Assembly (NCBI RefSeq): GCF_018350175.1
Contig: NC_058368.1
Location: 194,248,001 to 194,312,000 of the forward strand
Length of the DNA: 64,000 bases
Reading direction: 5' to 3'
Source: Felis catus
Taxonomy: Eukaryota
The notes under the pieces: generated by a model
Told to the model about the DNA's origin: nothing
Databases searched by the model: none
What the model saw: the letters and a program-made list of their open reading frames with translations, nothing else
Program-made: the position numbers and the translations under genes
Shown here: positions 48,356-61,814 of the stretch, in pieces
How positions within the stretch are numbered: position 1 is the stretch's first letter
Layout: each line of letters starts with the position of its first letter

Positions 48356-50487
48356 TCACTGCATTACGCTTCCTCTCTGGGCTGGCTGAAAAGACAACTG
48401 TGGGAATGGCTCTGTGAAAGCAACAGGCATCCAGAGAGTTAAATTCTCCATTGAAACTAGCAAGACATGCATTCTATAATATGGGATTTGGTACTGAAGA
48501 CACCCTAACATGATATTCTAGTTGTGCCTTGTGCTTTCAGACAGGGCAAGCATCACCACCATACTGTTTCATGCTTGAAGGATACTCCCAAAGTCAGACA
48601 TCTAGATAATCATCCCCTCTTCCCATGGCAGTGCTTCTTCCTTAATCCCTTGCCTTGAAACCCTGTTTAAATTCATGGACATCCAGGTCTCAGGTAATAA
48701 CTGCTTTGTCTACCTTATACATATCTGTTCTATAGGCCACAGATTATAAATAAGGGTGCTGAGGGTCTCTTTCACAGACAGAAAACTATAAATACAAGGT
48801 ATATGGAAACCTAGAATAGAAGGCCTGGAACCTTCTATGTATTCATAGACACACAGCCAAATGGAAAGTGGAATGCATAGCCTTTCGTGCCCAGAACAGT
48901 ACTGTAGGTGGAAGAAACCTTGGAAGTTGGTTAATCCAAACCACTCATGTTACAGACAAGAAAACCAAGAAGCAAAGGATAGAATCATTTGAACAAATTT
49001 ACACAGACAGCCAATGCTGAACCTAGGCCAGCGCCCAACTTCCAGATTTTTAATTTGCTGCTCTTTCTTCTTCACCATGCTACCTTCTCCCTCACATTTC
49101 TATCACTGTTAGGTCTACCCCATTGCTTCTCATTTGAATTACTTGCCAGCTTACCTGAAGCCATGCCCCCATAATCCATTGCTTTTTAACTATCTGTCCC
49201 TTATTAAAGCACTCTCTTTGCTGGCCTTTTTACCCTCCGCATACTTGGTTCCCTCAGAGAGAGGCACTAGAAAGTTGTCATTAACTGACAGGATGCTGAT
49301 GGGACTCTCCCACATGTGAATGTGCCCATCCTACTGATTTGGCCTTGGATACACCATGCAGCATAGGCCTTCTTTTTGACAGAAAGACCAAGAGGATTCT
49401 GAAGCAGGACAACTATCGGTGTGTGGGAAAAGAACAGCCTGCTGTGAGCAGAACAGCTTCTCAGTATAAAAACTCATTTGATTTTACATAATGGAGGCTG
49501 AGAGAACTCAGAGTGAATGATGGTAGAAGTCCATTTACATTTTTAATGAATATAACATTTGCTTAGGGGCAATACTTCCTCCTAATAATCTAATCTGTAA
49601 AACACACTATTCCTTTTTCTCTTTTTTCAAATCCTTTTCCTTAAGGTCAATAAACAAGGACTTTTCTGCTGCCCAAAGGTTTTACTATCTGTATATCTTT
49701 TAAGCGTAAAATCAAGACTGGGCCTTCAATGAATGACTGGTGGAAGCCATATAAACATTTCCATGAGAGTTAATAGACTGAGTGACTCCTGGGATTCTGT
49801 CTTCTTCAAATGCAAAGAATTCTCAATGGAGACAGATTCCCTAGCCAGACCTCCAATCTCCCCTTCCCTTGCAGGGTAAGGAAAAGAAAGAAACATTGCC
49901 TGACAAGAATGACTTCACAGATGCTTCAGTGATTCCCAAGGTGATTCCACAGAGAAACCTCCACTCCCTTCAGGCACCTGGGGCCACGTGACCTGAGTGT
50001 GCTGCACATTTGTTACTCAATGAAATTACATTTTTGAAACAGAATCAACTGAGGATGTCCAGAGTCATGAGAGAGAGGCCTGGCAGGAGAAGAGATGATT
50101 AATTTTCTTATCACTAGCTTCTCCAGCAAGGGTTTAGAGGGACCTTGTATAATTTAATTCTGCCAGGGTTGTATAGTAGAAAAAATACAAATGAACAAAA
50201 AATTAGTTATGACCCCTTCCATCCTGTGACCATATCAAGGGACATACTCTTACCCTCCATCCCCAAACATCCACCAAGGAAAACAAGACTTCATGGGAGA
50301 CTCTGACTCCTCGTTTTGTTCCTTCCTTTACTTGATCAGGTCGTCACACTTTTTAGAACCTTGCTTACCTATCCTTAAAACTACAAGAGAGGGTTTGCTT
50401 GACCTTCCTTCTGTACTTTCTCCATTACCACTGGGACAGGAGCAGAAACATGAATTATCAGGAGAGTTATCAGGCTGATATCTAGAC

Positions 50488-50726
50488 AAGTGTTCCCAAA
50501 ATTTGGTTGCATACGGTCTTCAGTAAGTAATTTTTAACTGTGCATGCTCAATATATTTATGAATCCATACAGACCCCATATAATGTATATTATAAATATA
50601 TACAAAAATTTTAAATACTTAAACCAATATATTAAAATACAAGTGAATATAAGTTCTAACTCCCTCCCCCCAAGCCTCCGTGTTGCCACCACTCAGTATG
50701 CAGACATTCCATTTTGAAAACCTGTG
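50488..50726. mobile_element. hAT-Charlie-type MITE remnant
   Basis: Degenerate terminal inverted repeats caagtgttcccaaaat / attttgaaaacctgtg around an AT-rich core. Family not resolved. Confidence 0.5.
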
Positions 50727-51807
50727 ATCGAAACCATCACTGAATGACCTCTCCTTCCAATGGGTATCACCCCAGAATCAGACAACAACCAGTGAGAGAG
50801 CAACTGTCATGCTCAGGTAAAGGGCAGGTAGTGTGGGAGCTTTAACAAGTTGTCACATCTTGAATGCCCTACGCTTGTGAAAAGCTAACTGTTCAATTGT
50901 TGGTTAGTGGTTATAACAGTTCTACCATCTAAATAACCCTTTCCTGGCTCTTTGGATCTGAAATATTCCTTTTTCTCCAATAAATCCCTGTAATGAATTT
51001 GTTGAGTACCAGGCATGTAGTAGATGCTTTATAGGTGTTCTTACTTGTGTAATTTTAGTAACACTAAGAGAGAAGGAAATTAGTTTCCTTTTTACCAGAT
51101 TAGCAAAAAAGAAAATTGGTTGAAATCTCACCGTTATTAAGTTGTAGACTTAGAGCATTCAAACCCTAGTGTTATGCTAAATTGTTATGCTAAATTATGT
51201 CAACTACACTGTCTTTACAATAATACAAATCACCTGTGCCATTCTCTGACATTTAACACGTACTACCTTCTACAATAGTAATTAGCTGGACCTTCAAGCT
51301 CCTTCAGCAAGCCATTTCTGAGAGTTCCTACTGTGATATTGTCTCTTTTAGCACTGAAATTCCTCCATGAACTTACAATGAGTACTTGCTATATTCCAAA
51401 AATAGCACATAAGCTATCTCACTCAATTGTCCTGGTCATTTTTCAGCATTGTGTAATTATACTCATCTTAAAAATGAAAAAAAAAAGTCATAGATCGGTT
51501 AAAAACTTTCTAACCAAGATAGTAATTTTGTAAGGAATGGAGTCAGGATTTGAATTGTGCCTAACTCCCAAAACCTTGTACCATTGGATCTCTTCATATG
51601 CCCCTTACTATGCGTTGGTCCCTCACTATACATCTCACTGATGAGCTTCACACTTTCCTGTTATGTGTGACTGGCATCTCTATTAGCATCAGTTACATGG
51701 TAAATTGCAAGTGAGTGACTCAGCACAATGATGGTTTTTTCTTCTGTGATGTGCTACTTTAGAAAAAGGATAATTGCTGTTAGATGCTAAAGAATATACT
51801 GTACTTC

Positions 51808-51812
<5 letters not shown>

Positions 51813-51852
<40 letters not shown>
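51813..51852. repeat. (AT)20 microsatellite
   Basis: Read directly from the sequence. Confidence 0.97.
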
Positions 51853-51854
<2 letters not shown>

Positions 51855-52437
51855 GGCCTTTCTGCCTGCCTCCTTTCAGCCTAGTTTAATATTTTCAATG
51901 TTCATCCATATTAGAGCATGTACTAGTACTTCAGCCCTTATTATAGTGGAGTAATATTTCACATTTCACTTTATGGATATACCACATTCTGTTTATCCAT
52001 TCATCATTTCATGGACATTTGTGTTGTTTCACTTTTTGACTATTATGAATAATGCTGTTACGAACATTTGTGTGAAAGCTTTTGTGTGGACATATGTTTT
52101 AATTTCTCCTTGATAGATGCTTTGGGCAAAAGGGACAGAAAGAATATTTTAGGAAATGATGGCCAAAAATTTCTCAAACTTGATGAAAAATATTAATCTA
52201 TACATCTAAGAATGCTAATGAACTCCAAGAAGGATAACTCAAATAGCTCCACATCTAGACACATCATATTCAACTATTGAAAATCAAAGACAAAGGTATA
52301 ATTTGAAAAGCTGCAAGAGAAAAATTATTCTTCACATACAAAGCATCCTCATAAGATTAAGAGCATACTTCACATAAGAAACCATGGAGGTGAGAACAAA
52401 GAGAAGTGACATATTCAAAGTGCTCAAAACATATCAA

Positions 52438-52602
52438 GGGGCACTTAAGTGGCTCAGTCAGTTAGGCATCCAACTCTTGATTTCAACTCGGGTCATGATC
52501 TCACAGTTTGTGGGTTCGAGCCCCATATCATGCTCTGTTCTGACAGTGTAGAGCCTGATTGGGATTCTCTCTCTCTCAAAACAATAAATAAACCTAAAAA
52601 AA
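52438..52602 (+). mobile_element. CAN-SINE inside the L1 ORF1 fragment
   Basis: gggcacttaagtggctcagtcagttaggcatccaactcttgatttc head and A-tail. Confidence 0.92.
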
Positions 52603-52979
52603 GAATACCAATCAAGAATTCTATACCCAGCAAAACCTAGGCAAATCTGTGAAGACAGAAAGATGAATGGTTGCCAGACACTGTGGGATAGGAGAGGTAA
52701 CTACTAATGGGTACAAGATTTTCTTTATAGGGTGATAAGTATATTATACAATTACCAGTGATGATTTCATAACTCTGTGGATATACTAAAATCTGATGAT
52801 TTGTACAGTTTAAAGGAGTAAATTTTGTGATATGTGAATTATATCAAAATAAAGCATTTTCTTAAAAAATGGGATCTGGTACATAGTAAATACTACATTA
52901 GGGACAGCCATTACTCTCTATTCTTTATATTATTTTTATTGTTTTTAGTTTTACTTTTATTCATATCATGGATCATTCA

Positions 52980-53190
52980 TATCATGGATCTGTGTGCAGA
53001 ATGGATTGTTTGGGGGCAACTGAGTAAGAGATGGGCACAGTACATTAAGGTAAGAGAAAATGGTAGCCTGGATGATATGACTGTGCAGATGGAGAGAAGT
53101 GGCAGGATTCAGGATAAATTCTGAAGTAGAGTGCCCATGGTGTGAAAGAAAGCACTCTCTTTGGATAGGATTTATGAGTGACTGGATGCC
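52980..53190 (-). mobile_element. L2 fragment
   Basis: gtaagagaaaatggtagcctgga...gatggagagaagtggcaggattcaggataaattctgaagtaga. Confidence 0.7.
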
Positions 53191-53493
53191 TGTAATAACC
53201 TTGGTGAACAAATAACTTTCAGCTTCCCCAGTAAATACAGCTGCTGTCAAAGGAACCACCTGAGTGGAGACTATTTTCTTTTCCTGTCCAGTTGCTGGCC
53301 CCAAACCTATTTCAATCAGGTACCTCTGGTTCTTAAAATAAAAGAAAAAGACTTTTCTCCAAGCTGATTATTATAAAGATTTTCATGTGGGAAGTCTTGA
53401 GAACTTCCACATTGAGGAAGTACAATTTGAAGGAAAGGAACCAATTCAGAGGACGAGTGGCTAGCTTCCTGGTTCAGCAAATACTGATTGATT

Positions 53494-53690
53494 AGATGTT
53501 CGGTGGCTCCATCAGTTAAACGTCCAACTTCAGCTCAGGTCATGATCTCACAGCTTGTGGGTTCAAGCCCCGCATCAGGCTCTGTGCTGACAGCTCAGAG
53601 CCTGGAGCCTACTTCAGATTCTGTGTCTCTCTCTCTGTGCCTCCCCCACTCGCACTCTGTCTCTGTCTCAAAAATAAATATTTTTAAAAT
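53494..53690 (+). mobile_element. Feliform CAN-SINE
   Basis: ggtggctccatcagttaaacgtccaacttcagctcaggtcatgatctc...tctcaaaaataaata. Confidence 0.93.
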
Positions 53691-55391
53691 GAATTTTGAA
53701 TACCTTTGCAGATCGTGTGATTACTATAAAGCACCATTATCATGAGTACCAGAATTCTGCCTTGAATAGTGAAAAAAATTTGATGGTCAGAAAGGAGGAT
53801 GTTTTACCTTAAGAACAGTTACATGGTCTATAGAACTTATAAAAATTTCAAGAACTGTTTCCACCTACTTTTAAAATTACAGAATTATGGACTAGTATGG
53901 TAATTCTTAAGAAACAAACTTGAGATATGAGAAGGAAAGGACACATGGACTCTGTCTTCAAAGGCAAGATTATCCCAGGAAGAAGTGGCAGACTTGCTTC
54001 TTGTGGCTTCAGAACTGATGGCTGGATGTCAGTAGAGAAAATATTCTCGTATGCATTTACTAACAAGGACACTATATTAATAAAACATGTTTTTAATGGT
54101 AATTGGAAGCTGGACATTTTGTTGTTTTAGAGTTGTGGGGAGAAATACCAACAAAGTAGAAACCCAGTCACTCTGGCCCCATAGTGGTTTGCTCAGCTGA
54201 CTTTGATGTCTTCATACCATTCGCTCATTCCTGACGCATTTCGCTCTTCTTTGAATTCATGTAACATGTACTCTTTGAGTCCCACAATACTATCTCTTTA
54301 TTATTTCTCTGAACCAATCTAATTTTCTAAGCAGCAAAAGGCAAATCCATATCTTCTTTCTCTTGTGTAGTTCTGGAACAGCATAATGCAAATACAGAAA
54401 CAAGACAGATGGTAAACAACAGCACAGATAATTTATATTCCAATAACAGGTGACCAGGTACTCCTACATGCCTTCTTCAGTTGAAATCCACAACAACCTA
54501 CTAATGCAGTTGTTGAGAAAACAGAAGTTGAAACATTTAAGTGATGTGTCTAAGGTTTCATAGGTATTAAGTAGCATGAGTTCTACTCCTGCAAAACTGA
54601 GCCTTATGTGATTAGGTTATTTTATTATATGGTTTCATGGTGCTCTGGACTTCTATATGCTCTCTGAAGAATAAATAGATCAGCAATCGTTTTTTGTTTT
54701 TATTTTCTTCCCCAAGTAAATCTAAAAACTCCATATGGGTACGACTCTGTCTGGTTCGCTTCAGCACTTTCTGTAGTCTCTAGTATATACAGGCACAAAC
54801 TAAATGTGTGTGGAAGAAAGGGAGAAGAGGGAAATAAGAATTTGGGGTGTTGAGAAATATCAGACTGGATTTTAAGTCTAAGTCAAAAAACCTGGATTTT
54901 AAGTTCTTCTAGGTTACATCCATTTAGGTAAATTCAGTTAGACGGTTTCTGGGAAAGCAAAGAGGAGCAGTGAAAAGGCAAGTGAGAGAAGGATCAAGAT
55001 AGCATAATTCCACACATCATTCCCCTTATGAGCATAGTACCTGGCAGAAGTCCTGTTGGACTTCTGTAGTATTATGTTACCTGCCTAGAGTATTTTTAAG
55101 GGTAGTGATAGCCAGACTGAATTTTTTTTCACATGCTGATTTGAGAGCCTAACTCTTTCCTAAGATGAGGCCTGACTGCCTCATTAGTCTTCAGTGATCC
55201 ACTCGTTCTACTCAACTTTCCTTTTACTTAACACCTTGATATTCTATAATTTTAGAACAGAATTTTCCTTTTTTGATTTTTTTTTCTAACTCCCAAAATA
55301 TATGTGAGTCTAAATAGAAATAGAAATCACCCTTTCCTTCAAAATACCTGCAAAAATACCGTTGGCTAAGAACTTCAAATCAAATTTAAAA

Positions 55392-55394
<3 letters not shown>

Positions 55395-55435
<41 letters not shown>

Positions 55436-55440
55436 TCACA
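55395..55440. repeat. (CA)n microsatellite
   Basis: Read directly from the sequence. Confidence 0.95.
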
Positions 55441-56883
55441 TCTTGAAGAATTGTGTAAGGTGGTCTATAAAATCAATATGGCTGCAATGCACTCAGTACT
55501 GATGAGCTGGCCTTGGAAAAAGAGTACTCACCTAAGAAAGCAGAGATTCTCTCCTACTGAAACTGAGGTTAATTAATTACTTTATAGGAAAAGATTTGCT
55601 TTCGTGAGGATCTGAGATTTGGTTTTTAAGCCCTTTTACTGACTTCTGTTGTGACCTTCAAAATTTATTCCCCATCTTTGAACTTAATATCATCATCACT
55701 TTAAAGAAAGGTCAAAATAAGTGATATATATGCCTGCCTCCATCCTTGGCAAGGCAACTTTCTACTCCAGCTACTCCAAATAAGTATATAAGTCAAAACA
55801 GTATGTCATATCAAGACCAGGTTTCTAGCCCATCGAAGACTCTCCAGTAGGAAAATTCTGGTACTACAACTAGCTGCAACTATGACTTGGTTTGAAAAGT
55901 TGGGTAATATAGGAAACAAATAGCCCATTTTTGTTTGCCATGTTTTTCAAGTGTAACTAAAATTTCCAAGATAACTCCCAAGGCTTAAGTATACAGTGAA
56001 AAATAAAGCCTCATATGGATGGACTTAGGGTATGTCCAGGTCAATTAACGATATCTTTCACAACCCCAGAAACCTTTCAGAAATTTTACCTTTTAAAGGT
56101 AAAAATACATCTTTAAGATGCATTTTCTGAGATGATGGGCCTTTTAACTTCCCCTATTAGGAGGCAAATCCTATTGGCAGGGCAACCTCTTAACCTGTGT
56201 TTGTTACTCAGGGGCAGAGCGATAGAAATACACAGATTCAGGGCATGAAAGCCACATTTCCTTTTTTCCACAACTTGCCAAGGTAGCCTTCTACACTTAG
56301 GCCTTTAGATGTTATAGATGAATATTTCATATGGTTCTGCCCAAAAGGCTGCCCACTTTGCCAAATTTTTTTATCTTGAGCCTCAAAGAAGATGAAGCCT
56401 TTTCATTCTATTTATTGAGATACCCAGTCCTGGAAACCTAGGAAGCACAGGAATTCAGAAGAGAAGCCTAGAGCAGAGACAAAGCTGGAAGGTGAGCAGG
56501 GGGGAACTTTCTATACCAGTTATGGTTTTATATAAATTAATAAAAATAATCATATAATTGGCTTTTGTTAAGACTCTGATGAAGCTATCAAAGGAAACAG
56601 TCATAAAGCAAGACCTAGGGAATCCTAGACTACACACAAAAAGGATGGTGACTTTCTTCATGGCAATACACTTCCATCAACCAACAGTACAGATAGGGCT
56701 TGACTCACCAACTCCTTCCATGGTCATCCCCCATGGCTGATCATAGATATTGTTTTGCCAAGATATCACCTATTCTAACTCCCCCACTCACATTTGGAGT
56801 GACTGAGGCATAGCAGCAAAAAAAAAAAGTGATTTGCTTATGGACAAAAAACTGGTTTCAGTGGTTAAAACAAGAAAAAAACC

Positions 56884-57367
56884 TGATAGGGTTCAAGAGA
56901 GGCTGCCCAGAATGAGCCATTTTGGCATGTGGAGTATTTCAAGATGAAGATAACCAAGGCCCAAAAAAGTCAGAAGAATTTTTACCTTTCCTTTTAGTGC
57001 CTGGTTCATCTATCACCAGAAACAAGTACAAAGAGTGTGGGGTGGGTGTGGTAAGCTGGGGGAAGCCCAAGTGGGGCCTGTTTGTTCCACTGTCTCTGCA
57101 CTGCATGAACAACATTTGTTTGCCAAATATTTGCTCTTCCCACCTTCCTGTTGTCTGTCTTCCTTCCCTTAGGAGCCTCAGACCCTAACCCCTTCTCCTC
57201 AGCTCAGGATGGCATGTAAGCCTCAAATGCCTCTCTTTGAGCCCCTATCTTTTAGGTTCTCATACATACAAAACTAAATTTTTCTCCTGTTACTCTGTCT
57301 TATGCCAATTTAATTATTAGATCAGCCAAAGAACCTAGAAAGGAAGGGAAAGTTTTCCTCCCCTACA
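56884..57367 (+). mobile_element. ERV1-class solo LTR (MER34-like), inserted in a MIR
   Basis: TG...CA termini (tgatagggttca ... ttttcctcccctaca), 4-bp TSD aacc/aact, and MER34-like 3' text ttttctcctgttactctgtc...cagccaaagaacctagaa. Confidence 0.85.
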
Positions 57368-57804
57368 AACTTGATCTTTCCTGAATACAACTTAGCTGGT
57401 GGCTGTATTTATGACAGTGTCTTAAATTATATTCATTCTCCCATGAACAATTTTTTTTTCCAGAACCATGTCAACCTGTGAGCAGTCACAAAATTCATAG
57501 GAATTACTCAATTCATTCTTTCTTAGGACAGAAAACGACAGAAGTGCCTAAATGAAAAAAAACAAAACAAAAACCTTAGAATTCTCCAGTCTTTTCTGCC
57601 AAGTGCAGAATTTCACACTAATTCATGTCTGTTCACTTCCCACAACCATGTCTCCCATTTATAATCGCTAAACATGCCAGGTTCACAACATCTCCCCATT
57701 TAGGTGCCCTATTTGAATCTGTGTATAAATACTCACTCCTCCAAATGTTCTATTTGAACACACAAAATATTCATTTCAGCACAGAGTGCATAAATTCAGG
57801 AATG

Positions 57805-58015
57805 GAGGCGTGTGGTATACTGCGGAATAGCACTGATTCAGGAGTCAGCTTGTGGAGGTGTGGATATGGTTCAGCTCTATGTTCACGATAGGACCTCCGG
57901 GACATTGGTTTCCTTCACTGAACATGTTTTCTGATCCCAAAACTGGGGTAAATGAGACTTTTCATTTTCCTCTTATGGATGAGAGACTCATAGGAGATTG
58001 TGGACACTTTTTAAA
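57805..58015 (+). mobile_element. MIR
   Basis: ggcgtgtggtatactgcggaatagcactgattcaggagtcag...ttccttcactgaacatgttttctgatcccaaaactgggg. Confidence 0.65.
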
Positions 58016-58117
58016 AAAATTGTCCATGATCCTCACATTGAGAATAAAGGAGAGAAATATAAGCAAAGGCATATATTTAAAAAAAATTACAAGTAATGTG
58101 AAGAAAATAAATAAAGA

Positions 58118-58351
58118 GGGGCGGCTGGGTGGCGCAGTCGGTTAAGCGTCCGACTTCAGCCAGGTCACGATCTCGCGGTCCATGAGTTCGAGCCCCGCGT
58201 CAGGCTCTGGGCTGATGGCTCAGAGCCTGGAGCCTGTTTCCGATTCTGTGTCTCCCTCTCTCTCTGCCCCTCCCCCGTTCATGCTCTCTCTCTCTCCCCC
58301 CAAAAAAATAAATAAATAAATAAATGTTGAAAAAAAAATTAAAAAAAAAAA
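58118..58351 (+). mobile_element. Young SINEC_Fc-type SINE
   Basis: Near-consensus, CpG-rich copy. Perfect 17-bp TSD aagaaaataaataaaga (58101-58117, 58352-58368). Confidence 0.98.
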
Positions 58352-58666
58352 AAGAAAATAAATAAAGAAAGTCAAATAATATGGACTCAGTTCCCATCTT
58401 TTCACTATTTGATTGTATTTCTTCTCTGGGATGCAGAATCTCCATTAGTAAAATGTGGGATCAAGACTAAATCTTTTATGTCTCCAGTTTGGTTTCTGGC
58501 TGATTGAGTCTGCAGCATTATTAAGCAGTACTTAATTACAGCCTGAATTTTAGTCATAGCAGTGCTTGAATTAACCCTTCAGAATGCCTTCAGAGCCAGG
58601 ATTCAGCTACTGTAATGTAAAATATAGGATTATAATCTAAAGCAAAAATTTTTTTAGCAAAAAAAC

Positions 58667-58845
58667 CCTGATGAAATATGAATAAAGTCTATGGTTAGCT
58701 AATAATATTGTTCCAATGTCAATTTCTTCTTAGTTGTACTATATGGTTTTATAGAATGTTACTATTAAGGAAAGCTGGATGAAGGGTTCAGGGGCACTCT
58801 CTGTACTATATTTGCAACTTTTCTGTAAGTTTAAATTATTATTCA
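58667..58845 (+). mobile_element. L1MC/MD-like extreme 3' end
   Basis: tgatgaaatatgaataaagtct...ggaaagctggatgaagggt...ctctctgtactatatttgcaacttttctgtaagtttaaattatt. Confidence 0.8.
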
Positions 58846-59114
58846 TTAGTAGAAGTAGTATATTTCAAAAGAAGAAGGAAAAAAAACACTGTATTCCACA
58901 GAAATCACATCAAGTACATGTTGAAAATGCAACATTTCCAATTTCAAAGATAAGGAAATGATAGCCCTGGAGCAAAACTCAGGAGTCTTCTTCCAACAGG
59001 CACACAAGGAGTTCCTGATACAAATTTCTTAGTGATCGTAGCTGGAGAAACTTGGAAAAAAAAAAAACTGATCTGTAACCAAACAAGTGATAATATGGTA
59101 AATAAAAAAATATA

Positions 59115-59265
59115 ACCAAGGCTATAAAAAGGCTCTCAGGTGAGATCTAGGTTTTGGCTCTACCTCTGCCAGTTACTGTTTAAAATTAAGCAAGTTATCT
59201 GCTGGGCCTCAGTTTTCTCATTTATAAAGATAGAAGGTATCAGATCTATAGATTTCTAGTGGCCA
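59115..59265 (+). mobile_element. MIR
   Basis: gatctaggttttggctctacctctgcc...gcaagttat...gggcctcagttttctcatttataaa. Confidence 0.75.
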
Positions 59266-60935
59266 CTCATTCCTGTATAGGACATAAAAAGAAAGTCCAG
59301 AATGGTAAATAGTAGTCTTTAAATCCTTACTTTGGTAGCCCTACATCTTTCCCAGCATCTCTGCAGATTCCTTTTCTCTTATGGCATCCAACAGAACTAG
59401 GCTTCATGTAGTATCATTCCCATACATGCAAGTGTCTGGCCCTTCAGTGAGTTAAACACAGCCAAAGGGAGACACAACCATGATGAAAAAACACAGCCAA
59501 TGTAATAAGGTCAGCAGCAGGGGACATTAGATTTTGAATTTGCTTTATTGAGTAGAGAAGCAGAGACCATAGTTTCGATAGCATGCCCTTTTGCTTTGTG
59601 AAATAGAAATCCTAACTTCCATCTGTGAAGGCTCGGGGGAAATGAAATGAGGTCTTTGGCTCTAGGCCTTTCATTAGAAAGCAGTTTTATACCAGACGAG
59701 GCCACAGATTCATAGCTACCATGTCTCTACAGAGAGTCTGCCCAAAAGGAGGAGAAACATGGATGTAAGTCAGCTCAGAGTCTTGGGATTTTTCCTGGTT
59801 TCTTGTTGGACTGGTCTTCTCTGCTAAGTATGTGAGTACTCACAGACATTAACACAAGTTTATACTTTTCAAACCAGAGAAGATGAGGTGATATATCCAA
59901 ATAAAAATTCCTATGGGGCAGATAATATGCCAACCTCACCCCATTCAAATTCTGTTGACCTGACTCAACAGTCTACACAGATGAACAATTTTTAAAGTAC
60001 CTATAAATCAACTTTAAGCAGACAGCATATCAGAAAAACATATGACACTAACATTTTCTGAGTACAAAAATGTTATTTGCTATTGTAGAACATAATTGTA
60101 CAGCGTATTTAACTTTTCTAAACCTTTGTTTCCTCATTTGTGCAGACAGCTAATAACACATACAAAATTTAATTTGATCTTGACAATAATCCTATGAGTT
60201 TTATTTTATATGACCTTATCCACATATATGGAAAAGGTAAGTGAAATTTAACATCTCAATTTCTCACTGTAGACATTAAGTGCAGTAAAGTGTAAGAGCT
60301 TGGATTTCAACTCAGATCAAACAACTCTAAAACTCACACATCCTTTGGGATGACTCCAGGCAAACAACTGTTAACTATGGTGATTTTCCTAAAAGTCAAA
60401 ATGAATTTTTCTCTTAAGCATAAAAAGAGAAAATTGGGGGGGGGATGGTATATCCTCTTTAATATCTGTTTTGTCAGTGTGATAGTTTGTGATTAAGTGT
60501 GGTTTCCCTAGAACGAAATGTATTAGCTATATACAAACAGTCCCCTCTTGACATTTGGGAACTGAGATCTACCCTCCAGTGAAGCATAATGAACAGGAAG
60601 GATTATATTTATTCATCCCAGAGATGCTGGTCTTCTGGATTAAGAATTAGAGAAGACAGAGTAGGAAAATTAAACAGATTGAGTAAACTGGAAGATGGTA
60701 ATATAACTAAATCAGGAGTTTGGTTTTCCTTTATGTTTGTTTTGTTTAATTTTGTTTATGTGGAGGGAAGATCACGTTATTTATTTTGCCAGGGCCATTC
60801 CTTATTGTTGTGTACATTTTCTGTTTCCCAACATTAGAGGATATCATTATATACTTGTTGAGATATTATGTTAATTCTCAGGCAGATGACAATAAAGTGA
60901 CTTGAGGAAGTCTAGCTTTAGAAATGTATCATCAT

Positions 60936-61150
60936 GGGGCGCCTGGGTGGCTCAGTCGTTTAAGCAGCCGACTTCGGCTCAGATCATGATTTCACGGTCT
61001 GTGAGTTCAAGCCCCGTGTCGGGCTCTGTGCTGACAGCTCAGAGCCTGGAGCCTGTTTCAGATTCTGTGTCTCCCTCTCTCTGACCCTCCCCCGTTCATG
61101 CTCTGTCTCTCTCTGTCTCAAAAATAAATAAACGTTAAAAAATTTTTTTT
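60936..61150 (+). mobile_element. Felid CAN-SINE
   Basis: ggggcgcctgggtggctcagtcg head. TSD core gtatcatca. Confidence 0.96.
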
Positions 61151-61603
61151 AAAGTATCATCACTATGAGGATACAGTTTTCAATGATTTTAAGTTATATT
61201 ACAAAGTTGTTATCATCAAAACAACATAGTACTGGCATAAAAACAGGAGCATAGGCTAATGGATCAGTACAGAGAGTCCAGACATAAACACATGCATATA
61301 CAGTCAACTATTTTCTTACGATGGTGCCAAGAACACACAATGGGGAAAGGATAGTCTCTTCAGCAAATGGTGTTCAGAAAACTTGACAGCCATATGCAAA
61401 ATAATACAACTGTACAGTTATCTTATACCACTCACAAAAATTTACTCAAAAGAGATCAATGACTTAAATAAAACACCTGAAAGTATAAAACTCCTAGAAC
61501 TAAACAAGAAAGAAAGTTCCTTGACATTGGTTTTGGCAATGATTTCTTGGATAAGTCACTAAAAGCACAGGCAACAAAAGCTAAAATAAGTAGGACTGTA
61601 GTA

Positions 61604-61814
61604 GGGACACCTGGGTGGCTGTGTCAGTTAAGTGTCCAACTTCAGCCCAGGTCATGATCTTGTGGTTCATGAGTTCAAGCCCCACATTGGGCTCTGTGCT
61701 GACAGCCCAGAGCCTGGATCCCACTTCAGATTCTGTCTCCCTCTCTCTCTTTTCCTCCCCCACTTGCACTTTGTCTTGCTATCTCTCAAAAATAAAGAAT
61801 AAAAAAATTTTTTT
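61604..61814 (+). mobile_element. Feliform CAN-SINE
   Basis: TSD aagtaggactgtagta / aagtaggactatagta. Confidence 0.95.

Larger units (their letters stand above)
51797..52870. mobile_element. Rearranged old L1 (L1MB-like): antisense 3' segment about 51797-52120, sense ORF1 fragment about 52125-52638, sense 3' terminus about 52639-52870
   Basis: Recognisable L1 text in each part (tttatccattcatc...ggacatttg; atggccaaaaatttctcaaacttgatgaaa; aggcaaatc...gacagaaag...tatgtgaattatatcaaaataaagc). Confidence 0.8.

Noticed and set aside
52959..52990. Short tandem duplications (attcatatcatggatc x2; also tgttatgctaaat x2 near 51170 and attcagatagaa x2 near 19650)
   Set aside because: Ordinary slippage duplications with no spacer structure. 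Not CRISPR-like.
677..61814. tRNA-like A/B boxes at many positions
   Set aside because: Apart from 30060-30096, all are CAN-SINE or MIR heads. No intact tRNA gene is present.
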